Source of the DNA: Candidatus Thorarchaeota archaeon
Lineage (GTDB): Archaea; Asgardarchaeota; Thorarchaeia; Thorarchaeales; Thorarchaeaceae
Assembly: GCA_048882325.1 (NCBI GenBank)
Contig: JBHLRS010000014.1
Span: 1-64,000, forward strand
DNA: 64,000 nucleotides
Direction: 5' to 3'
Both the position numbers and the translations under genes were made by a program. Positions 39,332 to 49,541 of the stretch are shown here, one piece after another (position 1 is the first letter of the stretch; the number at the start of each line of letters is the position of its first letter). Below the pieces are notes generated by a model. It ran no database searches. It worked only from the letters and a program-made list of their open reading frames with translations, and was not told the DNA's origin.

Positions 39332-40078
39332 ATGTCAGACATAGATGCCATGAAACGGGCAAGAAAGCTGGTTGCCAAGAGTCAGAAGATAACTGCACTA
39401 ACTGGAGCAGGTATTAGTGTTGACTCAGGAATTCCGGATTTCCGCTCAGAAGGGGGGCTTTGGGAAAGATATGACCCCCATGAGTATGCCACCATAGAGA
39501 GTTTCATGGCCAATCCTACCAAGTTCTGGACAATGGGTAGGGAGCTTGCTGAAACAATTCTCAGAGCAGAACCAAATGCAGCTCACAAAGGTCTCGCAAA
39601 ACTGGAAAGCATAGGGAAGCTAATTGGAGTCATTACTCAAAATATCGATAATCTACACCAATCTGCTGGGAGCAAGAATGTCATAGAACTCCATGGAAAT
39701 TACCTTCGTGCGTTCTGCATAGATTGTAATGCTGAGTATGTTGGAGAAGCTGTTCATCAGAGTGTTGTAAATGGAGAGATTCCACCTAGGTGTGAGAAAT
39801 GCAACGGTGTTCTGAAATCAGAAGCAGTTTTGTTTGGGGAACCATTGCCAGAAAATGCAATGTCAGAAGCTATGAAACTTTGTCGTAATACAGATCTCAT
39901 GCTTGTAATCGGTTCGAGCCTCACAATCTATCCCGCAGCATATCTTCCTCAGCTTGCTAAGAATGCAGGTGCAAAGATTATCTTGGTGAATCTTGAAGGG
40001 ATAAACCGCGACGGAGTTGCGGACATTGTGTTGAAGGGGAGAGCTACTGAGGTCATTTCTAGCCTCATCGATTACTAG
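39332..40078 (+). CDS. cobB: Sir2-family NAD-dependent protein deacylase
   Basis: GAGISVDSGIPDFR, TQNIDNLH, ELHGN, two CxxC, GSSL. Confidence 0.93.
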   Translation: MSDIDAMKRARKLVAKSQKITALTGAGISVDSGIPDFRSEGGLWERYDPHEYATIESFMANPTKFWTMGRELAETILRAEPNAAHKGLAKLESIGKLIGVITQNIDNLHQSAGSKNVIELHGNYLRAFCIDCNAEYVGEAVHQSVVNGEIPPRCEKCNGVLKSEAVLFGEPLPENAMSEAMKLCRNTDLMLVIGSSLTIYPAAYLPQLAKNAGAKIILVNLEGINRDGVADIVLKGRATEVISSLIDY

Positions 40079-40419
40079 GTAGATATCGTGAACCCAAACC
40101 AGGAGTATACACCAAGTCCGATTGGGACAACGATTACAGAAAGAAAGATGGTGATTCCGCCAAGAATGTACAGATTATTGTCCATCATCCACAAGCCAAG
40201 ATACGAGAACGCGTATGATATCACACAAGCTGCAAATCCTAGTACAATTACAGGAGCAAGCGGTAGTGCAATAGCAAGATATCCTCCTGCCTGACTCCAA
40301 AGAACACCTCCAATTCTCAATACAACATATAACCCACGAGTCATTAGATAGAATATGATTGATAGGAAGATTCCAATCTGTGAGAATGTTAAGCGTGCAG
40401 GAACAAATACCTTCGACAT
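40075..40419 (-). CDS. hypothetical membrane protein
   Basis: Three hydrophobic segments. Confidence 0.65.
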   Translation of the reverse strand: MSKVFVPARLTFSQIGIFLSIIFYLMTRGLYVVLRIGGVLWSQAGGYLAIALPLAPVIVLGFAACVISYAFSYLGLWMMDNNLYILGGITIFLSVIVVPIGLGVYSWFGFTIST

Positions 40420-40466
40420 AGGAACCTATCATGTCGTGTCCCTTTTTACGCTTTCGCGATTGAACA

Positions 40467-41474
40467 ATGCGAATGTCTAAATCGGACGATGATTCCCGTG
40501 GAATCCTAATGACAAGCACATCTTGGAAACTTTCCAGCATAGGACAGCTGTCTATTTTACTTGAGGCTAGCTCTCCAAAGCCGGGGAATGTTAACAGACA
40601 GTTTGGATTCTCAGATACTGACTATCGACATTTCTTAGCTAGTGCATCATTGATTGCTAGAGGACTCCATCTGAGCGCTAGTCGTGGAGAAGCATTATCT
40701 AATGGCACAATTGATTCCTCAGCCATTAAAATTGGAAACTTAATTCATGAGTGCACCTATGACACTTTTACTGGAATCAACACACGAAACACAATTTTGG
40801 GAACAGTACTCCTTTATGTACCACTTGTTGTCGCTACTAGTGCAGCGTTGAGTCAGGAGGGAAGATTCTCGATTAAGAATCTTCAAAGATGGTTGAAGAT
40901 CATTACAGAAAACACAACAGTCGACGATACATTGAATCTCTACAGGGCATTTCATCTTGTAAGAAAAACTAACCCAAAGGTAGAGGAGTCAGCTAGCTGG
41001 ACAGACAAACACAGTAGATATGATATAGATAATCCGGATGTTATGTTTAACATCAGTGAGGATGAACTTACATTATACGACCTCTTCAAAATGTCAGCAG
41101 ATGTTGATGAGATTAGTGGTGAGTGGGCAGATAACTTCAAACTGACGCTTTCTCAGGTCTTTCCATATCTTGACAGGATAGTGGACAATCTTGAAAACCT
41201 TGAGGAGGGTATTGTGCAGACTTTCGTCTGGTTGTTATCCTTACGACCGGATGGTCTTATTGCCAAGAAAGCTGGGGAAAAACGAGCTGAGGAAATCCGT
41301 ACCCTTGCTGAGAAGACCATGAATGCTTGGAACCATGACACGGGATCACTGGAACTCATGAGGAGTCTGGATGAAGAGCTTCGGAGAGAGGGAAATATAT
41401 TGAACCCTGGAACAACTGCAGATTTGGTATCAGCAGGAATATTCTGCAAGCTTGTAGCACTCGATTTTCAATGA
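40467..41474 (+). CDS. citG: triphosphoribosyl-dephospho-CoA synthase (CitG) family protein
   Basis: LLEASSPKPGNV, NTILG, DGLIAKK, NPGTTADL. Start may be a few codons later. Confidence 0.85.
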   Translation: MRMSKSDDDSRGILMTSTSWKLSSIGQLSILLEASSPKPGNVNRQFGFSDTDYRHFLASASLIARGLHLSASRGEALSNGTIDSSAIKIGNLIHECTYDTFTGINTRNTILGTVLLYVPLVVATSAALSQEGRFSIKNLQRWLKIITENTTVDDTLNLYRAFHLVRKTNPKVEESASWTDKHSRYDIDNPDVMFNISEDELTLYDLFKMSADVDEISGEWADNFKLTLSQVFPYLDRIVDNLENLEEGIVQTFVWLLSLRPDGLIAKKAGEKRAEEIRTLAEKTMNAWNHDTGSLELMRSLDEELRREGNILNPGTTADLVSAGIFCKLVALDFQ

Positions 41475-41476
41475 GC

Positions 41477-41662
41477 TTAACCTATTACTCCACTGTATAC
41501 GATTGCTGCAAGAATGAAGAGCAATATTGCAGACGGTATCAGCATCATCTGACCCTCTTTTCTCTTCCTCAACCTCGCTTCATTGTTTGGACCCAGAAAA
41601 TATGCTAGGATTAGTATGATTCCAAGAATAACGAAAAATGCAGCCAGTCCTTCATGAGCCAT
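41477..41662 (-). CDS. small two-TM membrane protein
   Basis: 61 aa; two hydrophobic helices joined by a basic loop. Confidence 0.7.
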   Translation of the reverse strand: MAHEGLAAFFVILGIILILAYFLGPNNEARLRKRKEGQMMLIPSAILLFILAAIVYSGVIG

Positions 41663-41792
41663 TAATACAACCTAAACGTTGGACCTAATGCAGGGTTATT
41701 AACATAATCCTCGCATATCTATGAATTATAAAAGAGCGGGGTGCTCAACACTACATCTGTAGCGTGGAGCAGGTGAGGTTTATGAAGGGGAC

Positions 41793-42059
41793 TCACACTA
41801 GAACCTGTCTGAAGACATGTTCGAACTTCATTCTTAGTTCTCTTGCTCGTTCCATGTCAGCAGCATACAAGGGTTGACGCATATCAGTTAGGTTTGGTAT
41901 CTTCTTGCACAACTTTTGCCCCATGAGTTTCCTCAAGGCAAAGCTAACGGTTCGTGGTGCAAGATCAACCCGACTGCTGATGTCCTTCGGTGTCATGGGA
42001 CCTTCGGTAGTTAACCGATCCAAGACAATTATCGCGCTGCGTGGTAGTTCGATGGACAT
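41793..42059 (-). CDS. small winged-helix (MarR/ArsR-like) protein
   Basis: LPRSA..VL..L..EGPMTPK.I.....LAPRT..FALR.L...PNL.DMRQP.Y. Confidence 0.85.
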   Translation of the reverse strand: MSIELPRSAIIVLDRLTTEGPMTPKDISSRVDLAPRTVSFALRKLMGQKLCKKIPNLTDMRQPLYAADMERARELRMKFEHVFRQVLV

Positions 42060-42209
42060 CTGGTATATACCATCCCCTAAGTGGCGGGTCTTTCTGTTCC
42101 CATCTACTAATTACACGATGCAATTAATAAACAAACGGTTTGCAGCAGTCTTCTACAAATAAGCGTATCTACTCACAGGTGAGAAGTATATTTTTCGCAT
42201 TATCAATAG

Positions 42210-42512
42210 TTAACGGTTGAAAGAATGGCCCGATGGTCTGAAAGACTGTGGCATTTGGGAGATCTGGCCTGAATCAAATCGAAGCTTAAGTTCCTTGACC
42301 TTCTCCATATCAATGTGGTAGATTGGTTGACGCATGTCAGCCAAATTGGGAGTCTTTCGAATTACCTGTTCACGGACTAGTGTTCTAAGTGCAAAGGAAA
42401 TTGTGCGTGGAGCAAGCCCAACCTTCTCGATAATAGTCTTTGGAGTCATTGGACCCTCAGCTACAAGACTTCCGAGAACCAAAATTGCACTATTTGGAAG
42501 TTCGACAGCCAT
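42210..42512 (-). CDS. small winged-helix protein, paralogue of the adjacent gene
   Basis: Same motifs: LPNSA, EGPMTPK, LAPRTISFALR, PNLADMRQPIY. Confidence 0.85.
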   Translation of the reverse strand: MAVELPNSAILVLGSLVAEGPMTPKTIIEKVGLAPRTISFALRTLVREQVIRKTPNLADMRQPIYHIDMEKVKELKLRFDSGQISQMPQSFRPSGHSFNR

Positions 42513-42643
42513 TCAGACTCACAATCCTACAACATTTCTTCATTGCTTCATCGAATATAAGCGGTCTGTTCTCAGCATGATGAATCATATGCACCTCTAT
42601 GGGAGGATTCAAGAGCTTCTTACTTTCATCAACCTCGATCAAA

Positions 42644-43627
42644 ATGACCCAGAAAGTGTTTGTCACAAGGAGAATTCCTAAAGAAGGTCTAGACTTGATA
42701 ACTGGAAGATTCGAGGTCGAAGTTTGGCCTTCTGAAATCCCTCCTAGTAGGGAGGAGATCATAGAAAAAGCGGCTGCCTGTCAAGGTCTGGTCACTCTCC
42801 TCTCTGACACGATTGATGCTGAGTTGATTGAGGAGTTGCCTAACCTTTTGGTGATTGCTCAGTATGCTGTAGGATATGATAACATAGATGTGAAAAAAGC
42901 CACGCGTAGAGGAATAATCGTGACAAACACTCCAGACGTGTTAACAGAAACGACTGCAGATCTTACATGGGCTTTGGTCATGTCTACTGCCAGGCGAGTA
43001 GTCGAAGCGGATAAGTATGTTCGAAATGGTCAATGGGAGGTTGCATGGGGGCCGCAGCTTCTTCTTGGTATTGATATTCATGGGGCAACACTAGGTATTA
43101 TCGGGATGGGACGAATCGGACAAGCAGTTGCGCGACGAGCGCAGGGATTCAATATGAAAGTGCTCTATCACTCTAGAAGTCACAATGAAGAAATAGAAGT
43201 CATTTCGGATTTGGTCGGAGCGGAGTCTACAGATCTTGAAACATTACTGTCGGAGTCAGACATTGTGACTATACACGTTCCATTGACAGCAGACACACAT
43301 CTTCTGATAGGCGAGAAGGAGCTTGATATGATGAAGACAGGAGCTATTCTCGTGAACACGAGTAGAGGACAAGTAGTAGATCAAGATGCGCTATACGATT
43401 CATTATCTTCTGGCCATCTAGGTGGTGCTGGACTAGATGTTTTTCGAGTTGAGCCAATCCCAAAGGATAGTCCACTTTTGGGTCTCTCAAACGTTGTGCT
43501 TGTACCTCACATTGGGAGTGCGAGCAAGGATACAAGAACAACCATGGCTGTCATGTGCGCTGAGAACATCATCGCGGCTCTTAATAACAAGAGACCACCA
43601 AACATTGTCAATCCGGAGGTACTATGA
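42644..43627 (+). CDS. gyaR: glyoxylate reductase / D-2-hydroxyacid dehydrogenase
   Basis: AVGYDNID, TNTPDVLTETTAD, GMGRIG, NTSRG, LDVF..EP, PHIGSA. Confidence 0.9.
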   Translation: MTQKVFVTRRIPKEGLDLITGRFEVEVWPSEIPPSREEIIEKAAACQGLVTLLSDTIDAELIEELPNLLVIAQYAVGYDNIDVKKATRRGIIVTNTPDVLTETTADLTWALVMSTARRVVEADKYVRNGQWEVAWGPQLLLGIDIHGATLGIIGMGRIGQAVARRAQGFNMKVLYHSRSHNEEIEVISDLVGAESTDLETLLSESDIVTIHVPLTADTHLLIGEKELDMMKTGAILVNTSRGQVVDQDALYDSLSSGHLGGAGLDVFRVEPIPKDSPLLGLSNVVLVPHIGSASKDTRTTMAVMCAENIIAALNNKRPPNIVNPEVL

Positions 43628-44161
43628 ATGAGCAATGAGTTATTCGAGAAACTCAAGTCCAGACAATCAATAAGGAAATTCTCTACAGAATCAATCCCTG
43701 ATTCAGATATCGAAGATATCGTGAATCTAGCTAGAACAGCTCCAAGTGGTGGAAATCGCCAACCTTGGAGGATTATTATTGTAACAAGGGATGAACTGAG
43801 GAACAAGCTTGTTACTGCAGCCTACAATCAGACGTTTCTTGGAGTGGCTCCTGTTGTCTATGTCATATGTGCAGTACCAGAAGAATCTGCTGAGAGATAC
43901 AAAGAGCGGGGTAGGAGTCTGTACACTCTTCAAGACACTGCAGCCTTGACATTGAATATATTGTACGGTGCTCATCTTCATGGATACGGAGCATGTTGGG
44001 TAGGAGCTTTCAATGAGGGTGAGGTGTCGAAAGTACTCAATATCCCGTCACATATGAGACCTGTAGCCATGGTTCCAGTTGGGAGAACTGATGGCAATCT
44101 TCCCCCTCTTCGAGGCCGCAAGAGTCTGTCAGAAATTGTTGTGAGAGAGAAGTTCGATTAA
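43628..44161 (+). CDS. nitroreductase family protein
   Basis: RQSIRKF, APSGGNRQPW, GYGACWVGAF. Confidence 0.92.
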   Translation: MSNELFEKLKSRQSIRKFSTESIPDSDIEDIVNLARTAPSGGNRQPWRIIIVTRDELRNKLVTAAYNQTFLGVAPVVYVICAVPEESAERYKERGRSLYTLQDTAALTLNILYGAHLHGYGACWVGAFNEGEVSKVLNIPSHMRPVAMVPVGRTDGNLPPLRGRKSLSEIVVREKFD

Positions 44162-44262
44162 CCATAGTCTTCTCTCTGGATTCACCTGATACTATTCTCA
44201 GTGGAAATCTCATTGAGGTCCAGAACAGCAACTCTGGTTTTGTCTACACTTCAAGGTAATGG

Positions 44263-44298
44263 AAAAAAAAGAAGGGGGGTTGGGGGCAAAGCCCCCAA
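44263..44298 (-). terminator. GC hairpin plus U-tract terminator of the large S8 gene
   Basis: Minus strand TTGGGGGC-TTT-GCCCCCAA-CCCCCCTTCTTTTTTTT. Confidence 0.75.
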
Positions 44299-44330
44299 AT
44301 CCGTTAAACTATACCTGTGACAGTCACCAA

Positions 44331-47300
44331 CTACTTCTTCCTGATTAGGAAGAGTATGAGCAACACAACGACACCGACACCAATACCACCAATAAGGCCG
44401 ATGAGTAGTGGATCAATTCCTTCAGTCGGTGTTGGGGTAGTGGGTACTGTTGTCGAAGATGTTGTCGAAGATGTTGTTGACGAAGATGTCATAGGTTCCA
44501 CATCACCTGCAGTGAACGGTCCTGAAACTCCGTCGCCGAAATCACCGGGCCAGTAGTTGGCCTCGTCGTCTACAGCGGCTAGACCTGGTGGATCAGAGAA
44601 GTCAAGACTGAATGCTCTGATTCTGTACAGGTAGTCGGTCTTCAGGAGGAATCCAGATGAATCCCAGACATAGAAGGTTTCAGTCAAGTTCCTAGCAAGT
44701 ACTTGGAACGAGATACCATTATCGGCGCTCAGCCAGACTGAGTAGTAGTGGACATCGTCAGCGTTCAGGTCAGTGACATTCCATGTGAAGTTGTATCTGT
44801 TGCCCGATAGAGCAACAGGAGCTTCCACAATCACCTTAGGTGCGAAGAAGTTACCAATGAAGATGTTTGATATTTCGACACTGTACCTAAGGTTGGTTCC
44901 TGTATCGCTGTCGACTAGCACAGAGTAAGTCTGGTTAGCTAGTAAGAAATAGGTATCCATCTCGAACTCATTGGTATCGTAGGCTCGAGCTGGTTCTAGA
45001 CCAAGTCGAGTGTCAACAGTCAGGTAGTAGTAACCACCGTCCTGTGCGTAGTTCAGGATACCGATGTCGAGATCTCCATCACGGTCAGAGGTGAATGAGT
45101 CTGTTTCAGGATGGTCACTTGAGGCCATGTCAACCAAGTTGTTGGCATAGGTCCTCTGGTCCATCGGAGTGTCAGACCACCAAGCCATGAAGTCGTTATC
45201 TCCGCCGTCAAAGTCACCGATTAGGCGAACGTTGTCACCCTGAGTGATGCCTGTAGCAGTTTCCCAAGCGAACTGTGCTGGATCAATAGTACCTGAGAAT
45301 TGACCACCCGGATCGCTTGGTATGACGTTGAGGCCTTCAGCGTAGAAGAGTGTTCCATAAAGGATCTTCATCTCAACTGAAGTGATTCCGAACTCAGGCA
45401 TACCTGGGTTCACACCGTCAGTCCATGTTGCCTTCATCATGACGTGGTCTCCAGCTGCGCTACCACCAGTGGTGATAGGCTGTGGTACGAGCTGGTCTCT
45501 GGATGTCCAGCTCAAAGCTAGAGTTGGCTCATCGAGAGCTGCCAAACCGACAACAGTCAGCGTGAAGTCCTCGGGTATGTCCATGCCGTCGAGTGCGTTC
45601 AGACTGGTGTAAATGATGTACATTCCAGTCGTTCCTTCAACGTCAGCAATGGCAAGTGATGAGGTTGTAGTAGACTTGACCGAATCGCCTGAATGAGCCA
45701 TTTCGGAACCAGTCATGTCAACGATTGCGACATCCATGTCAGTGTCGGCGTTGGTCCAGTTAATCCTAGCAGCGAGGAAGTTCACTGTAGCATTAGTCAG
45801 GTCAACGACGAATGTCATGTGGTCAGCAGAGCGAGCAGTATAGTATGAGTCCCAACCAGCAGTGACTGCGCCATGCTCGTATGGTGTCTGGACCGCTCCA
45901 ACGCCGTTAGCGATTTGCATCACTGAGCCAGCTGTGTCGTATGTAGCATAGACCAGATAGCTGTAGGGCAGCTTGAAGAGGTGAGTACCATTGTTAGCAA
46001 CAACGAAGCCCTGATGGACACCGTACTCTGGAGTTCCAGGGAACGACAGTGTGACATCAGTGTTACCTGCATTGTCTGCGAATGCAATGTTCGTATCAGC
46101 AGCTAATGTCCAGGTCTGGACAGTTACTGTCAGGGTATTACCAGCTGTGTATGGCCAGCTCCAGATGTTGTCATCGTGGACCGATATGATTGGTGTGTTC
46201 GGGAAGAGGTTACCGAGACCGCCTGGATGAGCCAGGTCAATCTTGAGAACGTTTCCAGTTCCACCAGCATATTGCCATCGTGTCAGCTCGTCACCTTGTC
46301 CTGTAGTTGCATTGTAGTAGTCAGGGATACCGTTTGCTGGATCGTTATCAATCCAGTCGAACACGAATGCCCACATGCTGTCATCCTCAAATGTGGCTTG
46401 ATCGCCAGTGATTGAGATTGTAGCATAGTTGGAGCCAACAAAGTTGGAATAAGATCCAGTTGAAGCTGCCTCCATTAATGTGTTCAGTTCCATGTATCCA
46501 GCCAAGGTCCTGTCATGACCATAGGATGTTGTTTCATTGTAGATGTAGGTTTCAAAGGTGAATGATGTAGTTTGGTCAGCAACGTATTGCTGTGCACTCC
46601 ATGTCATATCGCCATAGACCCAGTTGTCACCTTGAACGGTTAGTGTCACCGTATCAAAGGCATCTACAAGACCGAAGAAGAGGTTTCCATCAGCAAAGTT
46701 GCCAGGTGGCGTTGTTGTGTTGATGAAAGTCTCCAGCATGTATGGGTTCATGTCGTAAGCCCAGGCCTCAGCAATAGAGGTGCCCCAGGTTCCGATTGAA
46801 TCCTCGGTGTAGAATGTGTATCCACGGTTGTTGACAATGAAGTCAATAGCTGCCCATGCGTTAATGACACCATGACCCTGTGCTAGACCATCCATACCAA
46901 TGTCATCAGCAGTGCTCTGCATGATGTACTTGACCTCATCAGGGGCCAATGCTGGATTAGCATCGAACATCAGTGCCGCTAGACCAGCTGCCAATGGACA
47001 AGCCATTGAGGTACCAGCGTACACTGCGTATTGATCCCAGCCGCCATAAACGAGGCTCAGGATAGCAGATCCATAGTATGGTACGAATCCATAGTTGTTC
47101 CTTCCAGGAGCAAGGACGTCTGGCTTCGGATATCCAAGGGTCAGAGGACCTCTGGATGAGAAGTCAGCAATCTGGTCAAAGCCCTGGCCTGGACCATATG
47201 CGTCATTGAACGTGTGGTAGCTTGTTGATGCACCCACGTTGATTATCTGTGGTGCTCTTGGCGGAGTAGTTGTACCGTAGCCTGGGCCAGAGTTACCCGC

Positions 47301-49148
47301 TGAGAAACACTGAACCATACCTGGATACGTTGCATTGAAGAATCCAGGAGTTGCCATTGCGGCATAAATCAGTGAATACTGACCCCACAGCTCATAGTAC
47401 TGTGCTGCTACCCAACCCCAAGAGTTGCTTGTTATTTGTGCTTGGTGTGCGCTGTTCCAATTCCACTCCCAATAACCGGAAGTGTCGTTAATATCGAAAC
47501 CCGCAGCGTAAAGCATTGAGTTAAACTCTGCAGCGATTCCTACTGTCATGATACCCATGATTTTTGCACCAGGTGCAATACCTTGTAGGACCTCGCTGGT
47601 GCCGTTTGTACCGACCGGATATGTTGTTGGCTGACCTGCAATCTCACCTGATACAAAAGTACCGTGTGAGTTGCCATCGTACATGATACCAATAGCACGA
47701 CCACTAAGACCAATACCATCGATCATTCCAAGACCGAAGATGTTGCCTTCGTAACAGTGTGCCAAGGTTCCAAGTCCAAAGCGTTCTCCATCAGCGTAAT
47801 CGAAGTACATGTTCAGGTGGTTTTCATTACCATCAGCCATGTACATGTAACCAGCGTTGTAGTCGTCGACGAAGCTCCAGTCACCTAAAGCATTGAAGTA
47901 GTCCCAAGAAGCAGTTTCATTGAAGTCGAATACACCCCAGTTGATGTTAAGATTCCAGAACTCAGTGTGTGCACGGGTTGTGTTCCAGTCCACGAGGATC
48001 GTGTCACCATTTAGTACGAGTACTGGTGCAAAGACCTTCATGTATGGATCCCCACGCTGCTGGAATGCATAACCAGCTGTGTAGTATGGAACTGTCTGAT
48101 TTGTGCCAGCAGTTGTGTTCACATCAATTGTGAGTGCGGGACCAGCTTGACTCAGTGATGGATCAGGAATCTCAAAGTCCTGCCTCATTACGTTGTTGTA
48201 GAAATCAGTCAGGTTAGCTTGGTTTGGATATGCGTCACCCCACCAAGCGGCGAGGTATGCATCAATGAACCAATCCAAGTGTGAGAGGCCACCCTGATTG
48301 TTTACATAGGGGCTTCCATGCTGATTTGAACTCCAGTCGATGTACCACTTGCCTGTTGCACTGTCTTGATAGCTGAGCATGTTCCAGCTTGAGTAATCAA
48401 GAAACGCTGTAACATTTTCAACAACAGTTGCGTTAACTCGGTAGAGTGATACAACAAAGCCGTAACCTGTTGGGTCATAGCTTGTAGGCAGACCATCTGA
48501 ACCAATGTCCATTGTACCGACTAAGCCTGCATGGCTAAAGTCGACACCTGTGTCAACTACACCTACTGTTACGCCAGTACCATCATATCCTGCAGCCCAA
48601 ACTTGATCTGCGCCGATATGAGGATTAATTGCATAAGCCTCTGGCTCAGATACGGTGGGTGGGGATAGATCAGGCCTGGGTTCTACGCCGGTCGTTGTCT
48701 CCTTAAAGAGACCGTCGGCAAATGCGGTTACTATACCCTCGTAATTTTCGAGTGCGGTCACAGCCTCGGGGCTAGTAATGAAACCATTAGCAACAGTCAT
48801 GGCGCCGATTTCAACTTTCCAGTTGACATCAACAATCTCTTCAAGAGATGCCATATCTGAGCCGGTTTCTACGGTTACAAGGATACCCATGTGACCAGCA
48901 TCATTACGGGTCACTGTATTTGGTATATATCCTGTATCCCTATAACTAGCGAGAACTGAACCGATCGGTCCTGACTCCTTCTGTGTTTCGACATATCTTT
49001 GAATGTCCAACATCAATTCTTCAGGAGTAGGAACATTGGGATTAGCAACCGGTTGAACGTGACGTCTTGGTGTGAAAGGTACAAAGACCATGCTGACAAA
49101 AAAGACAGCAATCAGCGCCATGACGCCAGCCTTCTTCAGGTTGTTCAT
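44331..49148 (-). CDS. large secreted, membrane-anchored S8 (subtilisin-like) peptidase
   Basis: Signal peptide MNNLKK...; triad VDTG / SHGT / GTSMA; AGNSG; Ser/Thr linker, TM helix and RKK tail. True start 49148 behind GAGGAG. Confidence 0.92.
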   Translation of the reverse strand: MNNLKKAGVMALIAVFFVSMVFVPFTPRRHVQPVANPNVPTPEELMLDIQRYVETQKESGPIGSVLASYRDTGYIPNTVTRNDAGHMGILVTVETGSDMASLEEIVDVNWKVEIGAMTVANGFITSPEAVTALENYEGIVTAFADGLFKETTTGVEPRPDLSPPTVSEPEAYAINPHIGADQVWAAGYDGTGVTVGVVDTGVDFSHAGLVGTMDIGSDGLPTSYDPTGYGFVVSLYRVNATVVENVTAFLDYSSWNMLSYQDSATGKWYIDWSSNQHGSPYVNNQGGLSHLDWFIDAYLAAWWGDAYPNQANLTDFYNNVMRQDFEIPDPSLSQAGPALTIDVNTTAGTNQTVPYYTAGYAFQQRGDPYMKVFAPVLVLNGDTILVDWNTTRAHTEFWNLNINWGVFDFNETASWDYFNALGDWSFVDDYNAGYMYMADGNENHLNMYFDYADGERFGLGTLAHCYEGNIFGLGMIDGIGLSGRAIGIMYDGNSHGTFVSGEIAGQPTTYPVGTNGTSEVLQGIAPGAKIMGIMTVGIAAEFNSMLYAAGFDINDTSGYWEWNWNSAHQAQITSNSWGWVAAQYYELWGQYSLIYAAMATPGFFNATYPGMVQCFSAGNSGPGYGTTTPPRAPQIINVGASTSYHTFNDAYGPGQGFDQIADFSSRGPLTLGYPKPDVLAPGRNNYGFVPYYGSAILSLVYGGWDQYAVYAGTSMACPLAAGLAALMFDANPALAPDEVKYIMQSTADDIGMDGLAQGHGVINAWAAIDFIVNNRGYTFYTEDSIGTWGTSIAEAWAYDMNPYMLETFINTTTPPGNFADGNLFFGLVDAFDTVTLTVQGDNWVYGDMTWSAQQYVADQTTSFTFETYIYNETTSYGHDRTLAGYMELNTLMEAASTGSYSNFVGSNYATISITGDQATFEDDSMWAFVFDWIDNDPANGIPDYYNATTGQGDELTRWQYAGGTGNVLKIDLAHPGGLGNLFPNTPIISVHDDNIWSWPYTAGNTLTVTVQTWTLAADTNIAFADNAGNTDVTLSFPGTPEYGVHQGFVVANNGTHLFKLPYSYLVYATYDTAGSVMQIANGVGAVQTPYEHGAVTAGWDSYYTARSADHMTFVVDLTNATVNFLAARINWTNADTDMDVAIVDMTGSEMAHSGDSVKSTTTSSLAIADVEGTTGMYIIYTSLNALDGMDIPEDFTLTVVGLAALDEPTLALSWTSRDQLVPQPITTGGSAAGDHVMMKATWTDGVNPGMPEFGITSVEMKILYGTLFYAEGLNVIPSDPGGQFSGTIDPAQFAWETATGITQGDNVRLIGDFDGGDNDFMAWWSDTPMDQRTYANNLVDMASSDHPETDSFTSDRDGDLDIGILNYAQDGGYYYLTVDTRLGLEPARAYDTNEFEMDTYFLLANQTYSVLVDSDTGTNLRYSVEISNIFIGNFFAPKVIVEAPVALSGNRYNFTWNVTDLNADDVHYYSVWLSADNGISFQVLARNLTETFYVWDSSGFLLKTDYLYRIRAFSLDFSDPPGLAAVDDEANYWPGDFGDGVSGPFTAGDVEPMTSSSTTSSTTSSTTVPTTPTPTEGIDPLLIGLIGGIGVGVVVLLILFLIRKK

Positions 49149-49541
49149 GTTTATTTTTCTCCTCACGTGTCTGTAGAGAACAACCATGTCCAGAAAAGCA
49201 CCATCTCCGCTTAGATGATGTCCACTGGACGCAATAAAACCTCCAACGTTCATCCAGTGGGATGAACGTGTCTCCTCTTTCAGCGTTCTCCACGGGTATG
49301 TGATTAGACTTCGCAGCCAATTTGTCTCTATTAAGGATTGTGCAATAAATGTACTAAAATCTACTATCCATTTATCCCTATCATCCCATGAACAAGTCAA
49401 GAAACTTCAGAAGAACGAAATAAGGGTGGATATCGCTTCATATAGAACAAAGACGAATATGAGGCTCAGAATGGGTCAATGTGTACGCAAATACACCTCA
49501 TTCTCAATTCATCTGATGATCTCTTGAATAAAGTTTGGTAT

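Noticed and set aside
44448-44488. 12-bp tandem repeat TGTTGTCGAAGA
   Set aside because: It simply encodes the SSTT linker of the S8 protease.
49149-49400. 84-aa N-terminal extension of the large S8 in the ORF track
   Set aside because: The signal peptide and SD point to the start at 49148; the upstream region looks like leader and promoter.
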